Shown one piece after another: positions 47,074 to 57,137 of a DNA stretch of 64,000 nucleotides. Within the stretch, counting starts at the first letter, position 1. Every line of letters begins with the position of its first letter. A program made the position numbers and the translations under genes. The notes beneath the pieces are model-generated. The model saw only the letters and a program-made list of their open reading frames with translations, was not told where the DNA came from and ran no database searches. Source of the DNA: Minisyncoccia bacterium (GTDB lineage: Bacteria; Patescibacteriota; Minisyncoccia; Phycocordibacterales; PALSA-1337); the NCBI GenBank assembly GCA_049997795.1, contig JBEKVT010000001.1, positions 243,751 through 307,750 on the forward strand, given 5' to 3'.

Positions 47074-47786
47074 CCTCAATGAAGTTCGCAAGCGGTAGGA
47101 GAGTATTCGCATCGCCTTGAAGGTGAAGGGGTGACCCGCACTGGAGCGTTGCGAAGTAAGAATGTTGGCACAAGTAACCGCAATGCGGGCGAGAATCCCG
47201 CACGCCGAAAGACCAAGGTTTCCTTGGCAATGTATATCAGCCAAGGGTTAGTCGGTCCTAAGGGGATGGCGAACGCCGCACCCGATGGACACACGGTTAA
47301 TATTCCGTGACTTTCGCGAAGATCGATGGAGCGACGAGGGGCAGTATGCTGCGCGTATTATCGGATTTAACGTTCATGCTGTAAGGATGGGTCCCGGCAA
47401 ATCCGGATCCTGCTTTCGATGGCGAACCCGAGCGGAGTGAAAATGCCGCAAGGCAAATACAGCAAAGCGCCCCTTCAAGAAAAACTTCTAAGATCATCTT
47501 CGCGAGAACCGTACCGCAAACCGACACAGGTGGTCAGGTCGAGTAGACCAAGGCGAACGAGTGAGAGGTCTCCAAGGAACTCGGCAAAAAAGCAGCCGTA
47601 ACTTCGGAATAAGGCTTGCCCTTCGTTCAATCGAGGGGCCGCAGCTAAAGTATCTCTGGCAACTGTTTAACAAAAACACAGCTCCCTGCGAACTCGAAAG
47701 AGGATGTATAGGGGGTGACACTTGACCAATGCGAGAAGGTCAAATAACGACGGTGCGATCACATCAAGCTGATTGTTATAAGCCCT

Positions 47787-47826
<40 letters not shown>

Positions 47827-48452
47827 CAATTCCTTGTCGGGTAAGTTCCGACGCGTTGAATAGTGCAATGACTGGAGAACTGTCTCGGAGACTCGCTCGG
47901 TGAAAATACAATACCGGTGAAGATGCCGGTTACCTGCAGTTAGACGAAAAGACCCTAGAAGCTTTACTGTAACTTGATATTGACCATACGTGCTCCATGC
48001 GTAGCGTAGATGGGAGGATTTGAGGCGTTCCTTTCGGGGGGCGCTGATCCGTCGATGAAACACCATTCTTGGATTATGTATGTTCTAACCTCGGCGGCAT
48101 AAACGCCGGGAGACAGTATCTGGTGGACAGTTTTAGTGGGGCGCTATCCTCCTAAAAAGTAACGGAGGAGCCTATTAAGTTCAGCTAGGCGCGAATGGAA
48201 ACCGTGCCGATAGTGTATGGGCACAAGCTGGATTGACTGCGAGACGTACGTGTCGAGCAGATGCGAAAGCAGAGCCAAGTGAACCGACCGTGGGCGTTAG
48301 ACGCCGCGGAAGATTATCGGACAAAAGCTACTCTAGGGATAACAGGCTAGTTCCGCCTAAGAGTTCATATCGACGGCGGAGTTCGGCACCTCGATGTCGG
48401 CTCACCACATCCTGGGGGCGGAGAAGCTCCCAAAGGTTTGGCTGTTCGCCAA

Positions 48453-48496
<44 letters not shown>

Positions 48497-48826
48497 TGGT
48501 CTCCTATCTACTGCAGGCGTTGATGCTTGAGGGGAATTGACTCTAGTACGAGAGGACCGAGTTGAACGGACCGCTGGTCTACCTGCTGTCGTGCCAACGG
48601 CACCGCAGGGCAGCTATGTCCGGATCGGATAATCGCTGAAAGCATATAAGCGAGAAGCCGGCCCCAAGATGAGGCATCGTCAAGACCCGTGAGAGATGAT
48701 CACGTTGATAGGCGTTAGGTGTACGCGCCGCAAGGCGTTGAGCCGGGACGTACTAATCCGTCGATCTCGTCGGGAACCCTGAAAATCGCTGTGATAATCA
48801 CCACATTGCTATGATCAAACTTGTTT

Positions 48827-48947
48827 GGACTGGAACGGTATGTGTTGCTTTCATTGAAAATGATCTTCACCGGACTTCGTGGTGACGCAATACATGTCTT
48901 GCCCAGCGGGTCATTTTCAATTCAAACAACACATACCGTTCCAGTCC
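48827..48947 (+). repeat. extended inverted repeat (21-bp perfect stem plus extension) in the 23S-5S spacer
   Basis: GGACTGGAACGGTATGTGTTG (48827-48847) vs CAACACATACCGTTCCAGTCC (48927-48947); arms extend a further 11 nt imperfectly; the loop carries its own hairpin. Confidence 0.6.
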
Positions 48948-48979
48948 AGAGGCATGAGCATATCGCATTGAATCTTGCG

Positions 48980-49090
48980 TTCTGGTGGTTCAGCGCTGTG
49001 GCACCACCCGTTCTCATTCCGAACACGGCAGTGAAACGCAGTTGCGGCGATGATAGTCCCATTGGGGCGAAAGTAGCTTGCCGCCAGAAC
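48980..49090 (+). rRNA. rrf: 5S ribosomal RNA
   Basis: TTCTGGTGGTTCAGC ... CCGAACACGGCAGTGAAACG ... CTTGCCGCCAGAAC; helix I pairing of the termini; conserved loop C/helix III. Confidence 0.8.
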
Positions 49091-49118
49091 AGAGGATTCA
49101 ATGATATAATGTCTGCCG

Positions 49119-49874
49119 ATGGCCTCATGGTCTCGGCAAAGAAGGCTAAAATACGCGGCGACCATCATTGCCGTGCTTGTCGTCGCCGCGGGCGTGCCGG
49201 CCTTTTTCTTTTTCTACAAAGCGCCGTCTTGCTCCGACGGCATTAAGAACGGCGACGAGCAGGGCGTGGACTGCGGCGGCTCCTGCGAGAAGCTCTGTCC
49301 CGTCGCCTTTTTGGCCCCGTCCGTTTCCTGGGCTAGATTCAAGGAGGTCGCCCCCGGCCTTTACAACATGGCCGCTTACGTCATCAATCCCAACAGGAAC
49401 GCCGAAGCCACGGGCACGCCATATCAAATGTCTCTCTTGAACGATCAGGGCATACCGCTCGCCGAGATCGACGACGTCATGACCATCCCCCCCGGCCGGG
49501 ACACCCTCGTCTTCCAGGGAGCCGTGAGCGCCGGCAAACAGACGCCAGCCAGGACCTTTTTCCAGTTCACCGCGCCGCCCCGATGGTTCGTCCGCTCCGA
49601 CCCGCTCTCGTCTCTTTCAGTCTCCGACAAGAACTACAACGAAACCGCGTCCAGCTCGTCGCTCTTCGTCGCCATCTCTAACAGCAGCGTGAACCCGGTG
49701 AAAGACGTCATAATCTATGCCGTGCTCCTCGACAAGGACGGCAATGTCCTGGACTTCTCGAAGACCGCCGTCGACTTGATCCCGCCCTCCGGCACGGCCC
49801 ACGCCCCGTTCACTTGGCCGATAAGCCACGGCGGAGCCGTCGTTTCCATCGAAGTCCTGCTTATGGCAAAATAA
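49119..49874 (+). CDS. hypothetical membrane-anchored protein with Cys-rich segment
   Basis: Single N-terminal TM; CSDGIKNGDEQGVDCGGSCEKLC; upstream of ftsW. Confidence 0.5.
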   Translation: MASWSRQRRLKYAATIIAVLVVAAGVPAFFFFYKAPSCSDGIKNGDEQGVDCGGSCEKLCPVAFLAPSVSWARFKEVAPGLYNMAAYVINPNRNAEATGTPYQMSLLNDQGIPLAEIDDVMTIPPGRDTLVFQGAVSAGKQTPARTFFQFTAPPRWFVRSDPLSSLSVSDKNYNETASSSSLFVAISNSSVNPVKDVIIYAVLLDKDGNVLDFSKTAVDLIPPSGTAHAPFTWPISHGGAVVSIEVLLMAK

Positions 49875-49881
49875 GGGGCGC

Positions 49882-51003
49882 ATGGACAAATCGAGCCCGA
49901 ACATCGATTGGTGGCTCGTTGGAGCGATCGTTCCGATCCTCGCGGCTGGTCTGGCGACGATGTATTCGTTCACCGGCGACAATTCCTTCGCCGTACATCA
50001 GCTCGTCTGGATATCCCTTTCTCTCGCGGCCTTCTTCGCCATGAGCCGGGTCGACGTGCGTTTCCTCCGGACCACCACGGCTTCCGTAGCCCTCTTCGCC
50101 GTCTCGGCGCTCCTTCTCGGCTCCCTCTTCGTCTTGGGCAGAGTGTCCCACGGCGCCGAAAGCTGGCTCTCGTTCGGCGCTTTTTCCTTCCAGCCGTCCG
50201 ATCTCGCCAAGATCTCCCTCATCGTCGTCCTGGCGAAATATTTTTCCAGGCGTCACATCGAGATAGCCAACATAAGGCATATCCTCGTCTCCGGCGCTTA
50301 TGCCCTCGCCCTGTTCATCCTCGTCATTCTCCACCCGGACCTCGGCTCGGCCGTGACGATCGCCCTGGTCTGGCTCGGCATGGTCATGGTTTCCGGCATT
50401 TCGAAGAAGCATCTCTTCGCTCTTCTCGGCGTCGGCCTTCTCGCCGCGGCCCTGCTCTGGAATTTCGGCTTCAAGAGCTACCAAAAGGACCGCATCCTCA
50501 ACTTCATCGAGCCGCTGTCGAACGTCCATTCGACCGGCTATAACGCCTATCAATCGACTATCGCCGTCGGCTCCGGCGGGCTCTTCGGCAAGGGCCTGGG
50601 CTACGGCACCCAATCGCGCCTGAAATTCCTGCCGGAATACCAGACGGACTTCATCTTCGCGGCCTTCGCCGAGGAATGGGGCCTTGTCGGCATCTTCATC
50701 CTGCTTGGTCTCTACGGCGTCGTCATCTGGCGGGTCATAAGGGCGGCTCAACGTGGTGCCACGAATTTCGAGATCCTGTACGGGGCCGGCGTGGCGGTCT
50801 ATCTGATCGTCCATATCGGCATCAATGTAGGCATGAACCTGCACCTATTGCCCGTGACCGGCACGCCTCTGCCATTCATGAGCTACGGCGGCACGCACAT
50901 GATGAGCGAGTTCCTACTTCTCGGCGTTCTCATGGCCATGATGCGCTACGCCCGGCCGGCCCACAAAGACGCGGTCAAGAACGAGTTCCTAGGACCGAGA
51001 TAG
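49882..51003 (+). CDS. ftsW: SEDS-family peptidoglycan glycosyltransferase (FtsW/RodA)
   Basis: About 10 TM helices; conserved SEDS motifs (QPSDLAKISLIV, NFIEPLSN ... GYNAYQSTIAVGSGGLFGKGLG, PLPFMSYGGT). Confidence 0.85.
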   Translation: MDKSSPNIDWWLVGAIVPILAAGLATMYSFTGDNSFAVHQLVWISLSLAAFFAMSRVDVRFLRTTTASVALFAVSALLLGSLFVLGRVSHGAESWLSFGAFSFQPSDLAKISLIVVLAKYFSRRHIEIANIRHILVSGAYALALFILVILHPDLGSAVTIALVWLGMVMVSGISKKHLFALLGVGLLAAALLWNFGFKSYQKDRILNFIEPLSNVHSTGYNAYQSTIAVGSGGLFGKGLGYGTQSRLKFLPEYQTDFIFAAFAEEWGLVGIFILLGLYGVVIWRVIRAAQRGATNFEILYGAGVAVYLIVHIGINVGMNLHLLPVTGTPLPFMSYGGTHMMSEFLLLGVLMAMMRYARPAHKDAVKNEFLGPR

Positions 51004-51030
51004 TGCGTTGGTCCGACGATTACGCGTCTT

Positions 51031-52170
51031 CTATTCACTCATATAGACCTCCTCAGTCTCCTTGATCATCCTCTCCAGGGAGAAATCTTTCAGGACTTTT
51101 TCCCGCAGGGCCCTGCCGTAGCCGCGGCGCTCTTCCGGATGTTCGATCATGAACGAGATGGCGTGCGAGAGCTCGCAGGCGTTCTTCGGCTGGACCAGGA
51201 TGCCGGATTCCATGTCATCCACGACTTCCGGGATGCCGCCCACCGTCGTGGCCACGACCGGGAGCGACGCGGCGCCGGCCTCGAGGAGGACGTACGGCAG
51301 GCCTTCCTTGACCGAGGACATGGCGAACATAGTGAAGGCCTTCATGTATTCCGAGGCGTTCGGGACGTATCCGGGGAGGAACGTCTGTCTTTCCAGCTTC
51401 TTTTCCTTGATGAGCATATGGAGGCGGGCTTTTTCTTGGCCGTCGCCTATGATCACCGAGATCGTGTCGGGATGCTGCCGGACGACCAGGGCGACGGCCT
51501 CGACGAGATAGGAAAGGCCCTTGTTCGGATGCGGTTCAGCGATGGTGCCGATGACGTTCTTCTTGCCGTTGAATGCGGCCGGATCCAGGCCGATCTGCCT
51601 GGCCATGAATCGCTTCGCGCCGTCCACCGAGACGAGCGCCGCCGGGCCGATGCCCGGCCGGATCAATACGAGTCTTTCCCTCAGTCCGGGGAACCGGACG
51701 CCCTGCTCGTAATCCCGTTTGGAGACGACGATCACCTTGTGGCACAGGATGGCCGTGAGCCACGAGAAGAGGGCGATCAGTGCCCGCTCGTGGAAAGGCC
51801 GACCCTCGTTGAATGTCCAGCCGTGCACTGTCGAGATGATCTTTTTGACGCCGAGGATCCGGCCGGCCACGGCGCCGAGGCCCGCCGCCTTGGGGCTGTG
51901 CAGATGGAGGATGTCGGGCCGCTGGCGCCTGATGACGGAGAATAATTCCCTGAACGAGCCGGCGTCCTCGAAGACCGAGACGTCCCTCCTCAGAGAATCT
52001 ATCGGGTAAGTGAATACGCCGGCCGCCTCCAGACGGGTCTTCAGGGCTCCCTCGCCGCCAAGGGCCGCCTTGACCTCATGGCCGCTCTTTTTCATGGCTG
52101 TGGCCAGATCGAAGACGTGTCTTTGAGCGCCGCCCCAGTTGGATTTGGTGATGACGTAGAGTATCTTCAT
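51031..52170 (-). CDS. GT4-family glycosyltransferase
   Basis: MKILYVITKSNWGGAQRHVFDLA ... C-terminal EGLPYVLLEAGAASLPVVATTVGGIPEVV (EX7E-type GT-B motif). Confidence 0.8.
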   Translation of the reverse strand: MKILYVITKSNWGGAQRHVFDLATAMKKSGHEVKAALGGEGALKTRLEAAGVFTYPIDSLRRDVSVFEDAGSFRELFSVIRRQRPDILHLHSPKAAGLGAVAGRILGVKKIISTVHGWTFNEGRPFHERALIALFSWLTAILCHKVIVVSKRDYEQGVRFPGLRERLVLIRPGIGPAALVSVDGAKRFMARQIGLDPAAFNGKKNVIGTIAEPHPNKGLSYLVEAVALVVRQHPDTISVIIGDGQEKARLHMLIKEKKLERQTFLPGYVPNASEYMKAFTMFAMSSVKEGLPYVLLEAGAASLPVVATTVGGIPEVVDDMESGILVQPKNACELSHAISFMIEHPEERRGYGRALREKVLKDFSLERMIKETEEVYMSE

Positions 52171-52233
52171 CCGTTTTAAAGTAACATTTACTCGTCCTTG
52201 AAACAAGCGCTTATCCGTGGTAGCGTGATTTCC

Positions 52234-53592
52234 ATGGCCAGGATCTCAAGCCTCCGCAACACCGCGCTGCTCATCGTCGGGGACCTCGTCGCGTACACCT
52301 TTTCGCTGGTCATGACCTTGGTCGTGCGCTACGGCGCCATCCCCGGACGATACCTGCTCTTCCTCAACTTCCCGCCGTTCCTCATCCTGTTCGCCGTCTC
52401 CATCATAGTCAATTTCAGCGCCGGGCTCTACGACAAGCAGCTGGCCTTCGTCCGCCGCCGCACCAGGGGCCTCATCGTCCGCTCCCAGATCGTAAGCGCC
52501 ATCCTCGGCGTGCTCTTCTTCTATTTCGCCCCGGTCGCCATCACCCCGAAGGCCAACCTGTTCATCTATTTCGTCATATCCACCCTCTGCCTGTTCCTCT
52601 GGCGGATGGTCATGCTCCCGGTCATGAGCGTCTCCAAGAAACAGACGGCGATCTTGGTCGGCGCGGGGAACGACATCCAGGACATCTTCGATGAGATCAA
52701 CGGGAGCGCCCGGTATGGCATCGTGTTCAAAGACCGCGTCGAGCCGTCGAAGTCCGCGAGCGAGACGACCGCCGCCATCACGGCCGCGGTCAAGAGCTCC
52801 GGAGCCTCAATGATCGTGGCGGATCTCCACGACAAGACCGTGGAGGCCGCGATGTCCTTCCTGTATTCGCTCATCTTCTCCGGGGTCCAGGTCGTCGACG
52901 GAAGCAGGCTCTACGAGACGCTCTTCGACCGCATCCCGCTCTCGATGGTGGGCGAGAGATGGCTCGTCGAGAATTCCTCCGCGGCTCTCGGCAATCGCCG
53001 TGTCTACGATACCCTGAAACGCGCCATGGATATCATCATCTCCTCCGTCCTGGGGGCGATTTCACTCGTCGCCTATCCCTTCGTCTACGCGGCCGTGAAG
53101 CTCGATGACGGCGGGCCGATCTTCATCACCCAAGAGCGCGTAGGCAAGAACGGCAGGACGATCAGGATCGTCAAATTCCGCAGCATGTCGGGTGACGATC
53201 ACGGCGATTACGGAGCGGACGGCGTCACCAAGAACAAGGTCACTCGAGTGGGCCGCTTCCTGCGCGCCTCGCGCATCGACGAGCTGCCTCAGCTCTGGAA
53301 TGTGCTCCTGGGCGACCTCTCGCTCATCGGTCCGCGGCCGGAACTGCCGTCGCTCTCCGGCATATACAGGAAAGAGATCCCGTACTACAATGTTCGCCAT
53401 CTCGTCACGCCCGGCCTGTCCGGCTGGGCCCAGATATATCACGAGGCCCATCCGCATCATGCGGTGGCGACGGAAGAGACGCGCGACAAGCTGTCTTATG
53501 ACCTGTATTACATCCGGAACCGCTCGCTCATCCTGGATCTCAAGATTGCTCTTAGGACGCTCCAGGTGCTGCTCCGGAAGACGGGGAAGTGA
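52234..53592 (+). CDS. polyprenyl-phosphate sugar-1-phosphate transferase (WbaP/bacterial sugar transferase family), initiating enzyme
   Basis: N-terminal TM block and C-terminal catalytic domain KRAMDIIISSVLGAISLVAYPFVYAAVKLDDGGPIFITQERVGKNGRTIRIVKFRSM ... DELPQLWNVLLGDLSLIGPRP. Confidence 0.8.
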   Translation: MARISSLRNTALLIVGDLVAYTFSLVMTLVVRYGAIPGRYLLFLNFPPFLILFAVSIIVNFSAGLYDKQLAFVRRRTRGLIVRSQIVSAILGVLFFYFAPVAITPKANLFIYFVISTLCLFLWRMVMLPVMSVSKKQTAILVGAGNDIQDIFDEINGSARYGIVFKDRVEPSKSASETTAAITAAVKSSGASMIVADLHDKTVEAAMSFLYSLIFSGVQVVDGSRLYETLFDRIPLSMVGERWLVENSSAALGNRRVYDTLKRAMDIIISSVLGAISLVAYPFVYAAVKLDDGGPIFITQERVGKNGRTIRIVKFRSMSGDDHGDYGADGVTKNKVTRVGRFLRASRIDELPQLWNVLLGDLSLIGPRPELPSLSGIYRKEIPYYNVRHLVTPGLSGWAQIYHEAHPHHAVATEETRDKLSYDLYYIRNRSLILDLKIALRTLQVLLRKTGK

Positions 53593-53654
53593 CGCGAAGG
53601 AGACCTATCGAGTTATAGCCGAAGAAGGCCTGTCAGAAGCGATACGATCAAATC

Positions 53655-54587
53655 ATGAAAAAGACCCGTAGAAGCAAAACAAGGAAAACAGGCAAAAAAC
53701 CCGACAAGGTAGTCGTCACCGGCGGCGCCGGCTTCATCGGCAGCAACCTGGTCGAAGCTCTTATAGAAGAGGGCTATGACGTCCACGTCGTCGACAACCT
53801 CTCCGCCGGCAAGCGCGAGCACGTCCATCCGAGAGCGACGCTCCACATCGTCGACATCCGGCATAAGGAAGACCTGCTGCCCATCTTCGGAGGCAGCAGA
53901 TACGTCTTCCATCTGGCGGCTCTGCCTCGGGTCCAGTATTCCATCGAAAACCCGGTCGAGACCCATGAAGTCAACATCACCGGCACCCTGAACGTCCTCG
54001 AGGCCGCCAGGGAAGCGGGAGTGGAGCGTCTCATCTATTCCGCGTCAAGCTCGGCGTACGGAGACCAGCCGAAGATGCCGCTTCGGGAAGACATGCCGGC
54101 CCTGCCGAAGAGCCCGTACGGCATGCAGAAGCACGCCGGCGAGCTCTATTGCCGCGTCTGGTCCGAAGTCCACGGCCTCGAGACCGTCTCACTCCGATAT
54201 TTCAACGTCTACGGTCCGCGCCAGAGCGAAGAAGGCGCGTACGCTCTCGTCATAGCCAAGTTCATCAAACAGAAGCGGGAAGGCAAGCCCATGACCATCA
54301 CCGGAGACGGCACTCAGACGCGAGACTTCACCCACGTCGTCGACGTGGTCCGCGCCAACATCCTGGCGGCCAAGAGCAAGAAAGTCGGCAGAGGGGAAGT
54401 CATAAACATAGGCGGCGGCAGGAACATCTCGGTCAAGCGCATCGCCGAGCTCCTCGGCGGGCCGTTCGTCCATATCGAGCCCCGTCTTGAGCCTCACGAT
54501 ACTCTCGCCGATTATACCAAGGCGAAAGAATTGCTCGGCTGGGAACCGACCATCGTCATCGAAGAGGGGATCAAAGGGCTCATGTGA
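53655..54587 (+). CDS. NAD-dependent nucleotide-sugar epimerase/dehydratase (UDP-hexose 4-epimerase-like)
   Basis: VVVTGGAGFIGSNLV Rossmann motif, YSASSSAYG with YxxxK (PYGMQK). Confidence 0.8.
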   Translation: MKKTRRSKTRKTGKKPDKVVVTGGAGFIGSNLVEALIEEGYDVHVVDNLSAGKREHVHPRATLHIVDIRHKEDLLPIFGGSRYVFHLAALPRVQYSIENPVETHEVNITGTLNVLEAAREAGVERLIYSASSSAYGDQPKMPLREDMPALPKSPYGMQKHAGELYCRVWSEVHGLETVSLRYFNVYGPRQSEEGAYALVIAKFIKQKREGKPMTITGDGTQTRDFTHVVDVVRANILAAKSKKVGRGEVINIGGGRNISVKRIAELLGGPFVHIEPRLEPHDTLADYTKAKELLGWEPTIVIEEGIKGLM

Positions 54588-54704
54588 GTTGCGGAATCTC
54601 CCGGAACCAATATATTCGCTTCGCTCATATAACGACTGCGCTCGGATCATGTAAATACCTAAAAGGCATTTACAAATCCTCGCTTGTCGTTATAATAGGC
54701 CGAT

Positions 54705-56081
54705 ATGCTTAAGCACCGGGCCAAGGCCTTCTATATCGTCGTCATCGCCGCTTTGGTCGGCTATTTTGTTTACGCCACCAACGCCCCGGGCGCCAGATTC
54801 CCGTTCAAGCTGGGCCTGGACCTCTCCGGCGGCACCCACCTCGTCTATCAGGCCGACGTCTCGAAGCTCGCCCCGGCCGACATCTCCGCTTCCATGGCGG
54901 CCTTGAAAGACGACGTCGAACGGCGCATCAACATCTTCGGCGTCTCCGAGCCTCTGATCCAGACCGAACAGGCCGCCGCCCTTTCCTCGAAAGAAGCCGC
55001 CTACAAGCTCATCGTCGAGCTTCCGGGCGTCACCAACGTCGACGAGGCTGTGAAGGCCATCGGCGCCACTCCGAACCTGGAATTTCGCGTGGCCACGGCC
55101 AATGACCTGAAGACCTTCTCGAGCTCGAAGGAAGCGACAGCCACGACCGCTCCCGAGACCAAGAATGCCGCCTATCTGGCTCTCTTCAAGCCGACGGGCC
55201 TTACAGGCGCCATGGTGGGCAAGGCCAGCCTGCAGTTCAATCCGACCACTAACCAGCCTGTCGTGGGTCTCACCATGAACAACGATGGCCGCGTCCTTTT
55301 CGATACCCTCACCAAAAATCACACCGGCGACTACATCGGCATCTTCCTTGACGGCGTCCTCATCGAGGCCCCGGTCGTCCGGGAAGAGATCCCCAACGGC
55401 CAGGCCCAGATCACGGGCGGCTTCACCGTCGAGACGGCTCAGACCCTGGTGCGCAACATCAACTTCGGTGCCCTGCCCATTCCCGTCACCCTTATCTCCA
55501 CCCAAACGATCGGTCCGACCCTGGGAGCAGAAGCCGTGAAGGGCGGCATCGAGACGGGCGTTATCGCCTTCATCCTGATCGGTCTCTTCCTCGTCCTTTG
55601 GTACAGGTTGCCCGGCCTGGTGGCGACCGTCGCCTTGGCCATATACGCCGCCATCATGCTGGCCCTCTTCAAGCTCATCCCGGTCACCCTGACCGCCGCT
55701 GGCATCGCCGGCTTCATCATAACGATAGGCATGGCCGTCGACGCCAACATCCTCATCTTCGAGCGCATGAAGGAGGAGCTCCTCCGCGGCCGGGGCATCT
55801 GGGACGCCATGCATGAAGGCTTCGCCAGGGCCTGGCCTTCCATCCGCGACTCGAACGTCTCCTCGATCATCACCGGCTTCATCCTGTACAAGTTCGGCTC
55901 GACCTCCATCGTGACGGGCTTCGCCCTGGTCTTCGTGATCGGCGTCCTGGTGTCCCTCTTCACGGCCATCACCGTCTCGCGCCTCTTCCTTTATTCCGTG
56001 GCGCCGTCAAAGACGACCAAGCTCTCGCAATTCCTCATCAGCAACGGCTTTCGCAGACATAAACCGCCGACCAACGTTTAA
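54705..56081 (+). CDS. secD: protein translocase subunit SecD
   Basis: N-terminal TM, periplasmic domain, and C-terminal 6-TM block with ...GIAGFIITIGMAVDANILIFERMKEEL. Confidence 0.9.
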   Translation: MLKHRAKAFYIVVIAALVGYFVYATNAPGARFPFKLGLDLSGGTHLVYQADVSKLAPADISASMAALKDDVERRINIFGVSEPLIQTEQAAALSSKEAAYKLIVELPGVTNVDEAVKAIGATPNLEFRVATANDLKTFSSSKEATATTAPETKNAAYLALFKPTGLTGAMVGKASLQFNPTTNQPVVGLTMNNDGRVLFDTLTKNHTGDYIGIFLDGVLIEAPVVREEIPNGQAQITGGFTVETAQTLVRNINFGALPIPVTLISTQTIGPTLGAEAVKGGIETGVIAFILIGLFLVLWYRLPGLVATVALAIYAAIMLALFKLIPVTLTAAGIAGFIITIGMAVDANILIFERMKEELLRGRGIWDAMHEGFARAWPSIRDSNVSSIITGFILYKFGSTSIVTGFALVFVIGVLVSLFTAITVSRLFLYSVAPSKTTKLSQFLISNGFRRHKPPTNV

Positions 56082-56093
56082 ATCGATACCACC

Positions 56094-56987
56094 ATGTGGA
56101 TAGTCAATAACAGAAAGATCTTCTATAGCATCTCCATCGCCTTGGTGGTCATCTCCATTCTGGCTCTCAGCGTCTGGAAGCTCGTTCCCTCGATCGACTT
56201 CACCGGCGGCACCCTGATCGACGTCTCATATTCGAGCGGCAATCCCGACCAATCGGCCGTAGCCAAGGCACTCTCGACCGTCGACCCGGCCGTTTCCGTC
56301 CGCCCGTCCGGCACCGGCGGATTCATCGTGCGCATGAAGGCCGTCGACCAGAATGAGAAAGCCGCCGTGGTGAGCGCCCTGTCCTTGAACAGCACCGCCT
56401 CCTCGACCATCGCCTCTTTCGATTCCGTCGGTCCGGTCCTTGGCCTCGAAGCCGTCAAGCGCTCCATAGTCTCGGTCCTCCTCGTCATCCTCGGCATCAT
56501 CATCTACATCACCTGGGCCTTCCGCAAGGTCTCCCAGCCGGTCTCTTCCTGGAAGTACGGCCTGGTGGCCGTCGTCTCGCTCGTCCACGATGTCATCATC
56601 CCCATGGGCGCCTTCTCCATCCTGGGGCACCTCTTCGGCTATGAAGTCGACACCCTCTTCGTCACGGCCGTCCTCGTCATCCTCGGCTTCTCCGTCCACA
56701 ACACCATCGTCGTCTTCGACCGCGTCCGCGAGAACCTTAGGACCTCCTCCGGCAAGAAGCCGTTCCTCGAGATCGTGGGGGAGAGCATCAGCCAGACCTT
56801 CACCCGCTCCATGAACACTTCCGCCACCGTCGTCCTGGCCCTCGTCGTCCTCTACATCCTCGGCGGCTCCGCCACCGCCCACTTCACCCTGGCCCTCATC
56901 ATCGGCATCGTGGCCGGCACCTTCTCGTCCGTCTTCATCGGCTCGCCGCTCCTCGTCACTATCGAGAGGTGGCAGGGGAAGAGATAG
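56094..56987 (+). CDS. secF: protein translocase subunit SecF
   Basis: SIDFTGGTLIDV and ...LGFSVHNTIVVFDRVRENL motifs; 297 aa. Confidence 0.9.
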   Translation: MWIVNNRKIFYSISIALVVISILALSVWKLVPSIDFTGGTLIDVSYSSGNPDQSAVAKALSTVDPAVSVRPSGTGGFIVRMKAVDQNEKAAVVSALSLNSTASSTIASFDSVGPVLGLEAVKRSIVSVLLVILGIIIYITWAFRKVSQPVSSWKYGLVAVVSLVHDVIIPMGAFSILGHLFGYEVDTLFVTAVLVILGFSVHNTIVVFDRVRENLRTSSGKKPFLEIVGESISQTFTRSMNTSATVVLALVVLYILGGSATAHFTLALIIGIVAGTFSSVFIGSPLLVTIERWQGKR

Positions 56988-57137
56988 TTCTAATTCTTGC
57001 TGTTCGAGTACAAGCCTATACTAGTAGCAACGTTGAAATCGGAACGTTTTTAGGTGTTTTTGCCAGCATCGACTATAGATTGTAGTTTAATACCACACTA
57101 GCAAAATAGTAAAACCTGAGTAACATAAAGATAATCA

